Origin: Piromyces finnis finn
Taxonomy: Eukaryota; Fungi; Neocallimastigomycota
NCBI GenBank assembly: GCA_002104945.1
Contig: MCFH01000023.1
Coordinates: 434,001 to 498,000, forward strand
Reading direction: 5' to 3'
Length of the DNA stretch: 64,000 bases
The notes under the pieces are model-generated. The model ran no database searches and was not told the origin of the DNA. It saw only the letters and a list, made by a program, of their open reading frames with translations. Positions 57,709-64,000 of the stretch are shown piece after piece (position 1 is the stretch's first letter; each line of letters begins with the position of its first letter). The position numbers and the translations under genes were made by a program.

Positions 57709-60242
57709 CTTTATCTTGAAAAAAATATAAAATTATTTTTTTTGAATATTCTAAGTTTATATAATTAATATAAGAGTGTATGAATAATACAAGTATTATT
57801 ATTACAAATAAAAAAAAATGAAGGTTTCACTTAAAAGATACCTTACCTTTTTTTTATTATTATTACTATTATTATTAAAACTATTATTAATTGACCAAAA
57901 ACAATATTTTCTTCTTTTTTCTTACTAAAATATGTATGTATATATATTTGTTATATATATACACTATATATTATTTACAATTTTTTATTTTAAATTTGGT
58001 TGTTATTTGGTCGATAAACAAATAAACTTTAAACTTCTCTTTAAATTAATAAATTATATTTTTCTAATTATTTTTATTTTTTATTTTTTGGTTATTATTA
58101 TATATATATGTGTGTGTGTTTTATCGTTGCTAATTTTTTTATCCTATCTTTAGAGTAATTTTCAAAAAATATTAGCAATTTCCTTCAATTCCAGAAATAA
58201 TCTTTCAATATTACTGTTGCCAACTTAATTTTCTTGTGAAAAAGGTTTATCTTAATTTTTTTTCAAATTATAAATTTACTTTTAAATTCTTTTAAAAATA
58301 AAATTAAAAATAAAAAGTATTTCTTTTATTAAATTATACTTTAATCACTTTTTACTTGTGTTTTTTATATAAATTTCTTTAAATAACAAAATCATTTATA
58401 ATTCACAAGTGAAAATTATTATATATAAGATTTTTAAAAGAAAATAATAATGTTTTATATGATTTTAAAATATATTAAAAAGTATAATTATTATAATTTT
58501 TCTCAATTTTATTTTAATATAATCAAAGATTTTAATCATATATTATTTTACAAACTTTGAATTTTATTATTTGATATAATTTATTATTAAAAAAGATAGT
58601 AAAAAAAATAAATATTGTATCTTAATATTAAGAATAACATAATCATTCCCTTTACATCTACATACTATATTAAATTATGATTATTATTGCTGTTGTTGCA
58701 ATTGTGTTTTGTTTTAATATAAAAAACATATTCCATATGAAATTTTAAAAAATGATTTTCATAAATTAAATATGGTTAAATATAGAATATGAAAATAGAA
58801 AATTTTTTATTTTCCAAATTAACAAAAATGGAGAAAATTATAAAACTATTAATAAAATATTAATTATAATACAAAAAGTTAAAAGTATAATATAAAACAT
58901 GAAATTCATAATAAAAAAATAAAAAATATATATCTATATAATAATAAAAATTAATAATTAATACAATAGTATTTTTGTTTTTATTCAAAGCAAATTGATA
59001 AATACTTATTAAAAATTGAAAAAACAGGATTTTTAATTAAAGTCATATTGATTTGAATTTATTTATATATATATTATAAATATAATTGTGTTGATTATCT
59101 TTTTTCTAAATTTAACATAATATACTTTTCTTAATATGAATGATCCTTAAAATATCATATTTTTTCCAAAAATTATATTCTTTTATTATGTTTTTTTTGT
59201 TGTTGTTGTTGTTGTTGTTGTTGGCTTATGATTATATTTTTTATTTCTTTTAATTAAAGTTTAATCAAGTTTTGCTTCAATCTATTATAATCATCAATAA
59301 AAAAAAATTAAAATGTATTATTTACAATAAAATTTATAATATTTAAATTTCCTTCGCCATACAAATTGATAAATAATATATTTTATTATATATTATGAAG
59401 GATTAATTAATTTTTGAAAAGGTTCATTTCAATTTTTATAAAAAAAATATATATATATATATGTATTTTTTTTTTTCATTATTATTTTATTGACTTTATA
59501 AATTATTGTTTTATTATACCTTTATTTGATAATAAATGTATAAGTTATTTAAATATATATATAATTTTTTATATTTAATGTGTATTTTTAACGATTAATA
59601 TTAAAAGTTATAATAGTATTATGTTAATAATAATAATATATATCTTCATTAAAATTAAAATATATAATATTGTGTAATATAATTATTAAACAATTTATAT
59701 TACAATTAGTAAAAAATGACTACATTTTTTAAATTTAATAAAATCTTATAAATAAAAAGAAAATAAGAAAGTGAATAAATTAGTTCTATTACACTTAATA
59801 TTTAACTAATGTCAAAACATAAGAGTTCTTAATAATAATAGTGAATAGTTATATATTTTTTGGAAATAATAACTTTAATATAATTTGTTTACAATAAGAA
59901 AATAAATTAAAAAAATCAACAATTTTTTTTAAACATTCATTGGTTGTAAAACTTAAATTATAAAAAAAAAACAAAATAAAAAAAATAACAAATTTTATAT
60001 TTATTAGTGTATTTATTAAAGTATAGAATATGCAACACCAATATGAAAATTAATTAAATAATAATAAAATAAATCATAATAAATAATATTATATATATAA
60101 TAAAAATTAAAATACTACTACATAAAATTATAAAAATTAATATATAATTTTATCAATACTTTTAATTTATCTAATGAATAAAACAAGTTTTACCTAAATA
60201 TTAACTATTAAAATATATATTGAGATTATATAATTATATATA

Positions 60243-64000
<3,758 letters not shown>

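Noticed and set aside
58213-58223. GTTGCCAAC resembling an RFX X-box upstream of the CatSper-beta-like gene
   Set aside because: Incomplete match, about 2 kb from the start, closer to the divergent GPI gene, and no similar motif upstream of CEP164.

Overview
Extremely AT-rich eukaryotic genomic DNA with short GT-AG introns, long A/T deserts and Asn-rich low-complexity proteins. These traits, plus flagellar genes and a Clostridia-like gene, best fit an anaerobic gut fungus (Neocallimastigomycota); this is inference, not proven. Twelve protein-coding loci are well supported, in order: an intronless bacterial-type RecQ helicase with three HRDC domains, an F-box/LRR protein, an SLC35F-like DMT transporter, CEP164, an MGRN1/RNF157/LOG2-type RING ligase, an intronless 1189-aa Ser/Asn-rich protein, a ~3,160-aa Dicer, a Ser/Thr-rich GPI protein with 11-mer repeats, an RS-domain cyclophilin, a Cys-rich GPI protein, and a CatSper-beta-like gene running off the right edge. 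The twelfth is a weakly supported minus-strand gene fragment at the left edge. No rRNA, tRNA, CRISPR array or intact mobile element was recognised. The three most interesting observations: (1) a CatSper-beta-like subunit of the sperm Ca2+ channel complex in a zoosporic fungus; (2) a giant Dicer with a degenerate helicase, intact PAZ and RNase III sites, NLS-like basic patches and three EEGE[IL] ARS2/SERRATE-recruiting-like motifs, hinting at a nuclear microprocessor-like small-RNA pathway; (3) a probably horizontally acquired RecQ with triplicated HRDC domains. Exon boundaries were read by eye. All family assignments come from recalled motifs, not database searches.
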